The notes below the pieces were generated by a model. That model was not told the DNA's origin, searched no databases, and saw only the letters and a program-made list of their open reading frames with translations. DNA of 56,779 nucleotides, counting the filler, from Sphacelaria rigidula (taxonomy: Eukaryota): the NCBI GenBank assembly GCA_964200075.2. It is 6 parts of 6 records of this genome, joined end to end, with 100 filler letters (N's around TTAATTAATTAA, not from the genome) between each part and the next. Parts side by side here need not be neighbours in the genome. Positions count along the whole stretch, not along the records: positions 9,482 to 18,861 come from CAXNAA020008628.1; positions 18,962 to 28,341 come from CAXNAA020008629.1; 4 more parts are not named here. The stretch is one strand, 5' to 3'. This document shows, piece after piece, positions 11,810-23,500 of this stretch. The position numbers were made by a program, and so were the translations under genes. The first letter of the stretch is position 1, and every line of letters starts with the position of its first letter.

Positions 11810-13780
11810 ATCATGACGGTCCTTCATGCGGCTGACATTCCAGCGGGGTGCAGAATTATAGACGCCAAGTGCGTGTATAAGTGTAAGGGTGATGCAAATG
11901 GTAAGGTTTACCTGGCGAAAGTCCGTATGGTAGCTACGGGGTACAGTCAGGTAGAGCGAGTAGACTACTCTGAGACATTGTTCGCGATGAAAATTCTCTC
12001 GGCTTGGAGGGGGTGGACAACGAACAGCCGATACCATGCACGACCACTCTACTTCAAATCGTACAAAGCCTTTGTTGAGACATTCTACCTTATCAGATGC
12101 TGATCGACAACCGGGAGGCAGGCGCAAGTAGATATCGATGCCCAACTCCGACTGACGAACATCTTACTACACGGACCAGCACTTCAAAGATCCTACCCGC
12201 TCTTGCGGTAACAGGTGGGCGCGACCCCTCCCGAGCGTGGATGAGAAAATGATGAGGCAGTGCGTCTCAACAAAGCTTCATACGAATTGGAGTAGAGTGG
12301 TCGTGCGTGGTATCGACTGTTCGTTGTCCACCACTATTATAGCGCGTTCCAGTGATTTGAGCCGTGGTTGTTCGCAATGAATATCCGCTTAGCTTGGAGG
12401 GGGTGGGCAACGAACAGCTGATACCACGCACAACGACTACTTCAACCCGTGTACTTCAACCCGAGGAAGCCTTGTTGATATGATCTACCTTACGAGATGC
12501 TGATCCGAAACCGGGGAGCAGGCGCAAGTAGATACTGGTGTCCAACTCAGACTGACGAACATCTAACGGCACGCACCCGCAGTTCGCAGATCCTATCCTG
12601 CGCTTTCCGCAGTAGGTGGACGCCACTCCTCCAAGCTGTGGATCAGCATCATCTGGTCGGGTAGTGCATCTCAACAAGGCTTTATACGGATTGAAGGAGA
12701 GTGGTCATGCGTGGTATCGACCGCGCGTTGTCTACCCCCTTCAAGCCAGGCGGATGTTCGTCTTGAACAACAACGGCTCATATCACTAGTAGGTCCAGTC
12801 GTTCGAGCCGTGGTTGTTCGCGATGAATATTCGCTTGGCTTGGAGGGGGTGGACGACAAACAGTTGATAACGCGCACGACCACTCTATTTCACGCCGTAT
12901 AAAGCCTTGTTGAGACGCACCGCCTTACCAGATGCTGATCCACAACCATGGGGCAGGCGCAAGTAGATATCGGTGTTCAACTCCGATATCCATTTGCGCC
13001 TGCTTCCCGGTTGTGGATTAGCATCTGGTAAGGTGTGTCTCACCAAGGCTCTACTTTATACGGATTGAAGTGGATGGGCGTGCGTGGTATCAGCTGTTCG
13101 TTGTCCACCACCCGTAGGTTCCAATGATTCGAGCCGTGGTTGTTCGCAATGAATTTCCCCTTAACTTGGAGGGAGTGGACAACAAGCAGTTGATGCCATG
13201 CACCACTCTATTTCAGTCCATATAAAGCCCTGTTGAGACACACTACCAGATGCTGATCCAGAACCAGGGGGCAGACGCAAGTAGATACCGTTGTCCATCT
13301 CCGACTAATGAACATCCATTGACACGGACCAGTAGTTAACCGGGAGGCAGACGCATGTAGATATCGGTGTCCAACTCTGACAGACAAACATCTAAAGACA
13401 CGGACCAGCAGTTCAAAGCTCCTACGCCGCGCTTGCCGTAATAGGTGGGCGCGACCCCTCCCGGCCGTGGATCAGCATCTGGTAAGGTTGTGCGTCTCAA
13501 CAAAGCCCTACACGGATTGAAGTAGAATGGTCGTGCGTGGTATCAACTGCTCGTGGTCCACCCCCTCCAAGCCAGGAGGACGTTCATTGCGAACAACCAC
13601 GAATCGAATCACTGGATCGTACATTCGAGTGCCTCAAATTCCAGTCTAGCGTACACGCCAGAGCCGCTACGAACCTCTTTGAGGTAGCAGAAACCGCAGG
13701 GACAAATGTCTCAGATTACTTTACTCCCTCTACCCGACTGTACCCCGTAGCTACCATACGGGCTTCCGCCCGGTCGATCA
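11810..13780. repeat. Array of alternating-orientation duplications of a short Copia RT segment
   Basis: DIYLRLPPGCGSASGKVVRLNKALYGLK.SGRAWY-coding DNA recurs on both strands. Minus copies start near 12000, 12350, 12800 and 13125; plus copies near 12240, 12640, 12985 and 13470. Confidence 0.85.
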
Positions 13781-13782
13781 TA

Positions 13783-13995
13783 CTGTAATACGTGGGAGGA
13801 CCGCGTGCTTAGAGGACCGCATCGGAGTTCGAATATTCCCAAAGTATGGTCAAGGTTAAGGTTAGCGTTGGGGTTGGGGTCAGGCGCGTGGTCCCTGCAG
13901 GGAGTGGTCCGATTTGTTTTGGAAAAAGTCGATCCTGAGGTGTTTTGAACTACGATGCGGCCCTCTAAGCACGCGATCCTCTCACGCATTACACC
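13783..13995. mobile_element. ~213-bp MITE with ~50-bp TIRs and TA TSD, in Copia RT
   Basis: TGTAATACGTGGGAGGACCGCGTGCTTAGAGGACCGCATCG pairs with its imperfect reverse complement at about 13945-13994. TA lies on both sides, and excision restores KWKGDSHG-MIDR. There is an internal GGGTTA-like tract. Confidence 0.8.
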
Positions 13996-14499
13996 TACCA
14001 TGTGAATCACCCTTCCACTTATACACCCACTTATCGTCCACAATGTTGCACCCCTATGGAATTTCAATCACCTCCGCAAGCGTTCCGGTTGCCATGAGCC
14101 CATTAAACTCTATCTTTATCGCCTCCATCCACTGATCCGAGTAGTGTGATGAACACGCCGCAGGGTACGACAACGGCTCCGGCTCCGCTTCCCTGACGAG
14201 ACATTCAGGGAGCTCGTCCAACTCACGGGTAAGCTGTGCCGCCAGCAGCCCATGGATTATCCTGCCCCCTTAATCGGGCCCTACCATAGTCACGAACCCA
14301 CCAGCTTCTCGATTTAGCGCTCGCGTCTACGCTCTGGTTCGCCGAGGCTCCTCAGTATTTCCAGATCCAACCAGATGTGACTCCAGTTGGCGCGCCGCAG
14401 TCCGCGCTGCCGTTGGAACTTGAACACTTTCGTCCCATGAAGAGGAACCGCGCCCCTCCGTTGAGCCAGTGAGAGGTCGCCGTCGGCGGACGCTGTGAC

Positions 14500-15640
14500 A
14501 CCAGCCAGAAGAAGAACTGGTGGACCACTGCTGTTGAGGGACTCCCCAGTTTCACTGGCCTCAGTTTCAGGCGCAACATCTCATTATTTCCGGAGTACCC
14601 TCGTAGACACAGCCTCTTAGACCCGCAGGATATGATCCCAGTGTCCCCGGTCATTATCCAGAATCCTCCCAGAATCCTCCCAGAACCCTCCAGAATCCCC
14701 GTGGCCCCAGTCATTATCCAGATCACTGCCAACTCAACGTAACGGTGTATTTTCGTCACAGCACCCCCAAAACGCTCATCTCCACCTCGGCGCCCGCCGC
14801 ATGCCCAGCATGCTTTTTGACCGCCGCAACCAATTGCGGCGGGGTTATTGTGCTCTTTTTTATGTTGCACGCGCGCAAACACTCTTTGCACATGCGTCAG
14901 CACTTGTTAAACCATCGACACTACCTGATGTCGCACTGCACCCCCTGCGTGAGTGTGCTCCACAGGCTTACTGTACTCCCCGTACTTGGTATAAAAAGTG
15001 CGAGATGCACTCTCGGAGTACCTATCCCCGTTCTTGCCGTATAAGCACGGGCGTCACGCTGGACGCAGCACGGCTACTTGCAAACCTTTCGCAGGCCAGC
15101 GGACCGTCGCGAATTGCACACTTCACCCTCGCTTCGTCGCCGCACCACACAGTCGTAGGAACCTCCAAACTCCCGCTGCACGCAGCTTCAGCAAGTCTCC
15201 TGTCTGGATCAATCATAGGCCACCCGCCTTTCTGCCGATCACCTCAGCTTGAACCCCCCCCCACACGTCCGTGGTTTATCAGGTTTGTCGACAGCTACCA
15301 GACTCTTTCGCCGAAATTCTTCCAGCAGGTTTCCGCTAGGTACTAGCTGTGGCACCAACACTAATATCGATATTGTGACGCCAGCCAGAAGAGGAACTGG
15401 TGAACCACTGCTGTTGAGGGACTCGCCAGTCTCACTGGCCTCAGTCTCAGTTGTCAGCCTGTACAACATTTCATTATCTTCGGAGTACTCTTGTAGACAC
15501 AGCTTCTTAGACCCGTAGGGATCATCCCCGTGTCCCCGGTCATTGTCCAGAATCCTCCGGAATCCCCGTGGCCCCAGTAATTATCCAGATCATCACTACC
15601 AACCCAGCGTAACGGTGTATTTTCGTCACACGGCTTACTA
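14500..15640. repeat. Direct repeat (~260 bp; 14500-14765 and 15380-15632) in the Copia IN-RT linker
   Basis: Both copies share CCAGCCAGAAGA.GAACTGGTG.ACCACTGCTGTTGAGGGACTC...CGTAACGGTGTATTTTCGTCACA. Confidence 0.8.
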
Positions 15641-17407
15641 CTCACTAATGGCAAACAAACACCTGGAGAAGCAGTTGTGTTGTCGGGGGGCGGTTGATTT
15701 TCATCGCCAGGAAAAGTCCGCTTACGTTCACCACCATGGTCTGTACCCTTCGCCGGGGATGTCACTCGACGCTGATGGGAGATCCCTCTCCCCAGTAGCG
15801 GTGATGGATTCGATGGGACAGAATCGAAAACATCTGCCCCTCCCAGCTGTTGGGTTTCCCCCGACTCTGACGTCCCTCCCAGCTCCGACGCCGTAGCCAA
15901 TAGCTGCTGCAATTGTACCGGCGGCGCCACCATGACCGACGGCGACCCCCTGGTGACGTCTCTTATCTCCCCTACTTTATCCGCGATCGGATTTCGGTAC
16001 CCCTTCACCATGGAGCATTTTGTACGCGGTCTCAAGTCACCAAGTAAGTCTATACCTAGCGACTTGGCTGTCTTTTTCAACAAAAATTCGTTGGCATGTC
16101 CCTGCACCCAGGGGAAAACATTAATGTTTACGGTAGTCTCACATGAGTCAGCACTACCGGAGGCTATCACAGGAAACACCAGGGGAACAGGGTGGTCAGG
16201 TCGTATTGAAGTTTCTTCGGGGCTGGGATGACATGTGCGGTACAGTCGAACCATCGTTGTGCTGGCTCTAAGCAACCACGGCACTTGTTTCGCATGTCGT
16301 CGTACTTCTTGTCTACGTTTTTCTTACTGCTGTTCTGGTCGTCCTTGTCGGCTACAGTACCACTTGAAATACCCTTATTACCTTTAGCGCCATCGTGACT
16401 GCGATTCCGGCGGGTGGGCTTGCTCGTAACGAGAGCTTCCCCTACGTCACCGTTCTTCGTACCAGTCCTAGACAGGAGCGTGTATCTCTATCTTATAATC
16501 TCTATCTCTGCTCTGGTGATGCTGTCTCTGTACAAGATTGTAAGCTATTCGTACTCCTAGTCGCTTGTGAGTACCTCAACGATCTTGAGGTTGACATCCT
16601 TTACAGGCATATGTATCCTAGTGATATTAGTACACCCACAATCTTAACTACCCACGTGAAACATTTCATCAGATCTTCTTTTTTCTCCATCTGTAACTCG
16701 TTGAAAAGGCGTTTCCACGTCGATTTTTCGGAGAGGGTTCCTGGGAGGAACCAATTACGGGGAAAAAACGCCAAGCTGCACTCTCGGGAAGCTTGTGTCG
16801 AATACCCTACTTGATCATTCACGGCCCGTGATGCTCTCCGTCTAGAGCGTCCAAGCATTGCGTGCTTGCCGTGTGCTTGTCTCACTAAAACCTTGGTCAA
16901 GGAAAAATCAAGAAGTAACCGAGGGATAACCTACGGGCATGTCAACATCTGTAGTAAAAGCCTACATACAATAATCAGATGGAGCAAACCCTCGGAGCGA
17001 ATTTTCTCCAACGGGAGATCAACACTTCTTCCTAGCTTGGGGACAGCAGTCTTGATGCTGCTTGTTTCCTTGGGACTCATTGCGGGAGTGCTACCTTCTT
17101 CAATCCCAACCTCACCGCCAGCTGACAGCAGGCTATTAGTGGTGACTCCACCTCAACGACCAGAAGCAGACCCTGTCCGTTCCCCGGCCACGGCACCATC
17201 AAGATACGATGGTTGATCGTCACCGACGGATTCTTCTATTCGCCCGCCTATGCTTTCCTGAACAGCTTCGATGCGCGACAGTCTTTCTACCAAGGTCCTT
17301 GTCTATGCCTCGAGCAACGCCCTCAATTCTTCAACTTCACTGTCGTGATCCAACATCTCAGAACAACGCTAAGTTCAAACTAATACGTTAACGTATTCGA
17401 ATGATCG

Positions 17408-17773
17408 TGTTGATCAGATGACCGTGTACCAACAACAGCCCCTTGCTGTGTGTCCACAGGGATGATTGCTCTCTTGCAGTAAGAGAGAAGATGAAGATGT
17501 GTTTCAACTCTTCATAACAACTATCCACGCGTAAGAAATTGGGCAAGGGCGTACAGCACCATCGTGTCTCCACTGCCTACGATCCAAAATCTACTCTCGA
17601 CGCAAGACCCGCGACCAGATACGCGTACAAGTCTCGAAGATAGGAACTCGGAACAGTTTGACGTTCCTTAATCACAAGGAACCTCCTCAATAACATTCCT
17701 AGAATACTCGAATACCCCGCAGTTTCCCCGCTCATGCTTTTGGCTTGTGTTCGTAGATCAACTATATTGAACA
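17408..17773 (-). repeat. Copia 5' LTR
   Basis: TG...CA termini (TGTTCAA...TCAACA on the minus strand) and homology to 9841-10160. No canonical PBS was recognised. Confidence 0.65.
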
Positions 17774-17877
17774 ACAGCCGCCCTCTCTCCACCCTATTGA
17801 ACATATTGTGGCGTACTGTGTGATGCATATAGGCTTAAATGATCCAGGTATCACAGAGAGCTACGCAACTGAACCCG

Positions 17878-17971
17878 TAGACCGCGGTGCGGGTAGTCCA
17901 TCTGAATGACGCATACTTTTTTCAACTGAAAGTTGATGCCGATTCAGCAGGTGACCTACCCTCGCGGTCTA
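17878..17971. repeat. ~94-bp imperfect hairpin repeat (copies also at 38135-38223 and, inverted, 38729-38824)
   Basis: TAGACCGCG..GGGTAG...CTGAAT / ATTCAG...CTACCCTCGCGGTCTA, with a homologous core GATGCCGATTCA in all three copies. Confidence 0.7.
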
Positions 17972-20556
17972 AGTTAACTGTTGTCGAATAACAGGAACTC
18001 GCAGAGGGTACGCAGTCGCGGCTAAGTGTCCATGTCTATATTAAACCAGTAGTCTGTGTCTACATGCCTTCAGTTATGACTACAGATGCAAAGAGGTGTC
18101 GTGTGCGCCGATGCTACCATATTTCGGAGGACGATTGCTATACAGCCGCCCTCCCTCCGCCCTGTTGATAATAGTGTGGCGTGCTGTAACACGAATACAG
18201 GTTTAAACGTGCAGCTGTCCCATGGACGGGAACTACGTAGTTCAACTGTTATCAAATGACAGAAACTCGCAGAGGGTACACAATTGCGGCCAAGCTCACT
18301 TCCGCCGTGCAGCGATAAAAGGAAGTCGATAGTCTTCACAGGCGCTTAGTTGGCCAACACGGAATGAAGAACTTCACTCTCTTCGTAAACCAGAGGACTG
18401 GAGAAAAAGCTGACGGAGACGAGAGTGGTAGAAGTAGGGGCGAGTCCGAGCCGAAAATATTACCTCTTTCAGCAGAAACAACTGTCTCTACAAATCTGTG
18501 CGTTCAAACTATCCACGCTATGGACCCGAAAGTCAAACAAAATGTACACACTTGAAACTCTTCGGGGTAATATTTGCATCGCAAACCCCTTTGATCAACC
18601 TCGCTGTTCATTAAATCCCTTCGTCATCGTGGATATTTCTGTACTACACAAACTATGCTGCTGCTCCTTTCGCACTAGATATCTCTCTGTACTCTGTACC
18701 CCACTCTCATGGGCTAAGGTCAAACCTGCTCAACCTGAACCGTCCTTTGTTGTACCGCTATTTGTTCCAACTGTATTTAAATGTTACACAACGTTGCAAG
18801 ATTCTCCCTCTCGGGTAATTCTACAATGCTGGATTTTCGTCTTGGCGGTTGTCGGGGCGATNNNNNNNNNNNNNNNNNNNNNNNNNNNNNNNNNNNNNNN
18901 NNNNNTTAATTAATTAANNNNNNNNNNNNNNNNNNNNNNNNNNNNNNNNNNNNNNNNNNNNGGAGGCGTGGTCAAAGGCCCAACCACCAAGGCAAGCAAC
19001 AAATGGGTACCCCCCCCCCCCCCTCCCCTGCTAAACTGTACTTTTTGTGAGAGCGGCATACGTTCTTGATTTACGGCTGTTTCATGCGACGCGATCGATG
19101 TCGGTTGGGACTGTCCTTTGTGCGACCGCTAGGCCTGAGTCCTTAGTGTCGGCGTAATTTCTTTGAAAATTAGTCTTTTCTGCCCGAATTAGCATGCGAC
19201 CATAATGCCGGCATGATCAGGGCTGAGATAGCCTGATCTCCCGTTTTGCGGCATCATCCGGAAGCATAAAAGTCGCTACCGGCTATTTCGATTGTAGAGC
19301 ATGACCTCTACAACCAAGCATAAAACATACCACCTACCTTACTTTCAATTGTAATTTGCGCGTAGCGAGGAGAAGGCGGAGGCAGTACATCGAGGATATA
19401 AGAAGACGGCAATTTCAGAAAATCAGCAGGATCCTGTCGGTCCGGAGTATAAGAAAATTTAACGTCAGAAAAAACACAACTTATGCCGGTGTTTGCGCCC
19501 GAAATAAGACTTTGAGCCCGAACCCCAAATTGACGTGTGTTATTTCCGGGCCGCAGCTGTAGAGCAACTCACTCCGAGGTGTCAAATTCCGTTTTTTTTT
19601 TCCGGCGCAGTACGACGAAAGAGGAGGATCAAATGTGGTTTTACATGGTTTTCTCTTATTATTTTGGTTGCTTGAAGCGCAGTTATTTGGCAACCAATCT
19701 CGAGTTGTAAAAGTATGAGGATTTCAGCCGGTGTAGAGGCGAGTTTCTCCCGCGGATTGATTTTTCGAACCCCAGTCCGTTGGGCTATGTTTTCTGGCTA
19801 GTTGGGGACTCACGAGATCAATTCTCCGATTGCGTGGACGTTGAATTGTGATACAAAACCTTTCTGTTGAGATCGGGACACTCCCGCATCTCCCCCCTTT
19901 TGGGGGGTGGGGGGTGGGGGGAAATCCGGGGAGATGCAGGAGCGTCTTGATTTGAGCAAAACGTGGAGATACCAGAAGTCTACATCCGGGTGTTCGGACA
20001 ATCCATGCCGTTTGCAAATAGCTGCCCGAAAAGCATTGCCCAACGGGCTGGGGCCCGAAAACAAATCCACAGGAGGATATCGCCTCTAGGCGTGCCGAAT
20101 TCGCAATATTTGTGCAAGTCGAGATTGATTGCCGTGAAATATGGTGTACGGAGCGGCGCAACAGGATATACTGCTTGCCAAGAGACGCCAGTCGCCCTGC
20201 TGTACTTGTTGTTTCACAATTTGTTTCTGAAGAGGGATGATGACAGGCAACACTCGGTGTAGATCCAAGTTGCGTTTATATTCACCGACCATTGAATTCC
20301 AGGATAGAGATTTGCATAGTGGATGAGACACCGGGACATGCAATATTCGCGTCCACGGCAGTTCATCGACCTACGGCTGCGATCCTACATCTGGTGATTG
20401 GAACCGCGAGCCACTGTCGGCCCCACCAAGTAGGATTGAGATAATCGATGTTGTGGGGTCCTGTGGGCAAACGCACTGCACCACGCACGAGGCGCTCTGT
20501 GCGGTGGTGAAAAGTGTAAACGGGCGTCTCTGGTAGAGCGTTCTGCACGGACTGCT

Positions 20557-23500
20557 TTGTACCGTATATGCTACAGATATTGCGGTGACCCACGGTTGAG
20601 AGGGCGAGCGGAGTACACGGTTGTTCGGCACACGATCGATGCGGTAATCACGATCCCCCCGCCGCTCCGTCGCGTGAATGACCAACAGTCCCACTCCCCC
20701 CCCCCCCACGGTCGGACGTTACCCATACCGTATCTCCTCTCGTCGTGCATACCATTGGGCGCAGGTGGGAACGATTGGGGCGTTAGCCCAGTGCGCGTCG
20801 GTGAAGAGGGGCCGCCACCTCCTGTGCCAGCAGCTGTGAACCCCGCGTGCGAACCCGACGGCATGGCGACGGATTACAGCACACACGCGGCGGTCCAGCG
20901 ATCGCCCCTGTCAGCCCGGTCTGATCGTGACGGCACTTCCGGCGATGAACCGCCGCCGGATAGTACCAGTCACAGCACGCCGGTCGCCGACGGCGAGCGC
21001 CTGCCGTCGTCGGCGGGCGGCACCCGCCGACGCACTCGCCGACAGTCTGCAGCGCAAGGGGGGGGTTGCTCGGGAATGGTGGGGGGTTTCCTGTTGGGGG
21101 CGCAACGGCCGACACCAGCCACCTGTGCAGAAGAACCGTGTGTTGAGCAGACCGACGTGCAGACCCCGAAGAGGCTAAAGCGTGCGACGCCATCATGCAG
21201 GAAGGCGGTCTGTCGCTCCACGGAGGCCTAGCCGATCCCGTGCTCTGTGTGTCCCGGTAGTCCTGTGCACTCCGGCGGTTTGTTGTGCTGCGCGTGCCAC
21301 CGGCGACCGCCGGACGCACGAGGTGCCGAGTCCCTTTTTCGGCATCTTGCGAATGACGCGGCGGTTGCCGATGCGGCGGAATTTTGGGAGAGGATGACAG
21401 CCACGGGCGCGGCGGCATAGACGGCAGTTGTCAAGGGTTGGGTGCCAAGCCGCGGTTGTCTGTGTCCCGCCCCCGATTGCTTCTATTCCGTGATGAGGCG
21501 GCGGCGAGGTGCCTAGCATGTGGGCGGTCGCCGAAAACGGCGTTGAACAGAGCCAGGGAGAAATGTCGGCTCATGGAAGAATTCTTTGGAGCGAGTAATT
21601 CTGCGGCCAAGCACCCGAGTGGAGAGAGGATCAAAATGGACGAAGACAGTCGCCTCTGCTCCGCCTGCCTCTGGGCCTTTCGTAAAGACGTGGACAACAC
21701 ATTGTTCAAGAAGGGAGAGGACGGGAAGTGGGCGGTTCACCAATATCTCCTGCACCTCGACACCTCCGACCCTCCCAGGGCGGGGGCGGCCGCCGCTGCC
21801 TCTCACATTGCTAGGCGAGACGTGGTCGCCGAGATCGACGCCGGGTGCTTCGTCGATGTGGACGACGCCGTCAATATCATACGGCACGTGCGTCGCCGAC
21901 AGGGGTTACAAGATGTTGGCGCCCGGAGTTTGAGTAATGACGCCGCGAGAATCCTGGACCGAGTCGCATCTGTTGTCAGCGACGTTCGCGACCTCTCTTT
22001 CTCTTGGGGTGACGTCCGTCAAGACGGCAGGAGGAAATTTAGGGTGCTTATACCGCTCGCGCTCGATGAGTGGTGGGTTGCGAATATGTATGCCAGCGAG
22101 CGCGAGCTTCGGCGGGAGAAGACCCAGCGGGAAGCGGGGCGGTCGCGTGCGGTGGGAGAGGGGGTGGGCGTCGATGGTCGGGAGCAACGTGAAGCCGGGG
22201 GAGGGGACGCAAATATGGGGGTGATGAAGAGGGCGGCGGAGATACTGCGCGACAGCATGTTCGGATGTGCAAAGTGGGCGAAGAGGCGCTTTCCTCGAGG
22301 TGAGGGCTGCGCCGCCGGTATGCGGACTCCCGACGTGAAAACGTATGTGCGTGAAAGCTTCCCCGCTGAGCTTACGATGTTCCTCGTGTCAGTGTGCGGG
22401 ATAAACTTGGATGGGGCTACGCGCGAAACAAGTGCAGACGCCGACCAATATTCGGAAGACGCCGTGTTCACGTATATGTTGGGTACCATGATCGCTAAGA
22501 AGGCCATCGGAAAATGCTTCATGCCCGAGCGCTACATGCAGCTGTCCCATTCCTTGAAAGCGTATGGGGCGGGGCTCAAGATTACGCGATTACTGTCGGC
22601 GCTTAAGATTTGTATGCCTGACAAGCAGAGGTGGACGCATGAGAATGTAGTAGCGGCGGTGAAGGATGAGGACCTTGTGCCAGCAGACCGCAACATCGGC
22701 GTATCAGCGGCATTCGACAACAACGACTTCGACCCCGTCGCAAAATTCATCTCGGCGGGACACTGCCCATTCATAGGAGCCACCGCGCATCACCATCGTC
22801 TCCCGCTGGCTTAACCTGCTACTTTCGGCAGCAAGGACTTGTGGATGCCAACGGTCGATCTGACGTTAGACGTGCTGAAGCGCGGTCGGGCTCGTGCGAA
22901 CCACGAAAAAACGATGGGTGACTGGAGTACTCTGGTGACTTCTACTGTTGCGAGGAGCCCCCGGTACCTAACAGCAGATGGCGCTGGGCGATCGTGTCTG
23001 GAGGCCGAGGTGGTCAAGGGATTGGATAATGCGCGGGGTGATGTCGTATCGAAGAATCTGTTCGTCCAATCCGGGTCGACTAAGTGCGAAGCTGACAATG
23101 AGAAAACATTGGAGCGGCTCCTGCGGATTTGCCACGCCGACGGTGACTCGGACGGGGTGGTTTTGATCGAGGGGCATGAGGATACGTACAGCTACATGGC
23201 GAACGCCATTGCTTCGAACCCCAGGAGATGGCGCAATATCGTACCACACCCTAGCGGGTGGCATCTCATGCTCCATCTGACGCAGGCTTTGTTGATCTTG
23301 TATTAGGGTGCAGGAATCGAGAGCATTGCAAAATTGCTCGGCGGCGACGACAAGCACGCGGGGGCGGGGAAGAAGCCATGTGGTGCGTGATCATGGAGAA
23401 ATACGAGGCGGAGAACGGTGTGGATGCCACCCGTAACTTAGACGAGGCAGACAACGGAGTGAACGCAATCCATGACGCACAAGAGGCGGAGCACGGTGTA

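Larger units (their letters stand above)
9841..17773 (-). mobile_element. Decayed Ty1/Copia LTR retrotransposon (gag, pre-integrase, RT, RNase H), rearranged
   Basis: gag-like region about 16300-16900 (KRLFNELQMEKKEDLMKCF). GAG-pre-integrase GHANEFLLKKTA..C at about 16000-16110. RT WMEAIKIEFNGL..KWVYKWK..ARMVATGYS. RNase H SWFSRTQK..SLSTTEAE..DNK.AI..RHFDVRY..QHADILTK (10318-10698). Confidence 0.9.

Noticed and set aside
13850-13882. Telomere remnant (GGGTTA-like)
   Set aside because: Short, degenerate and internal to a MITE.
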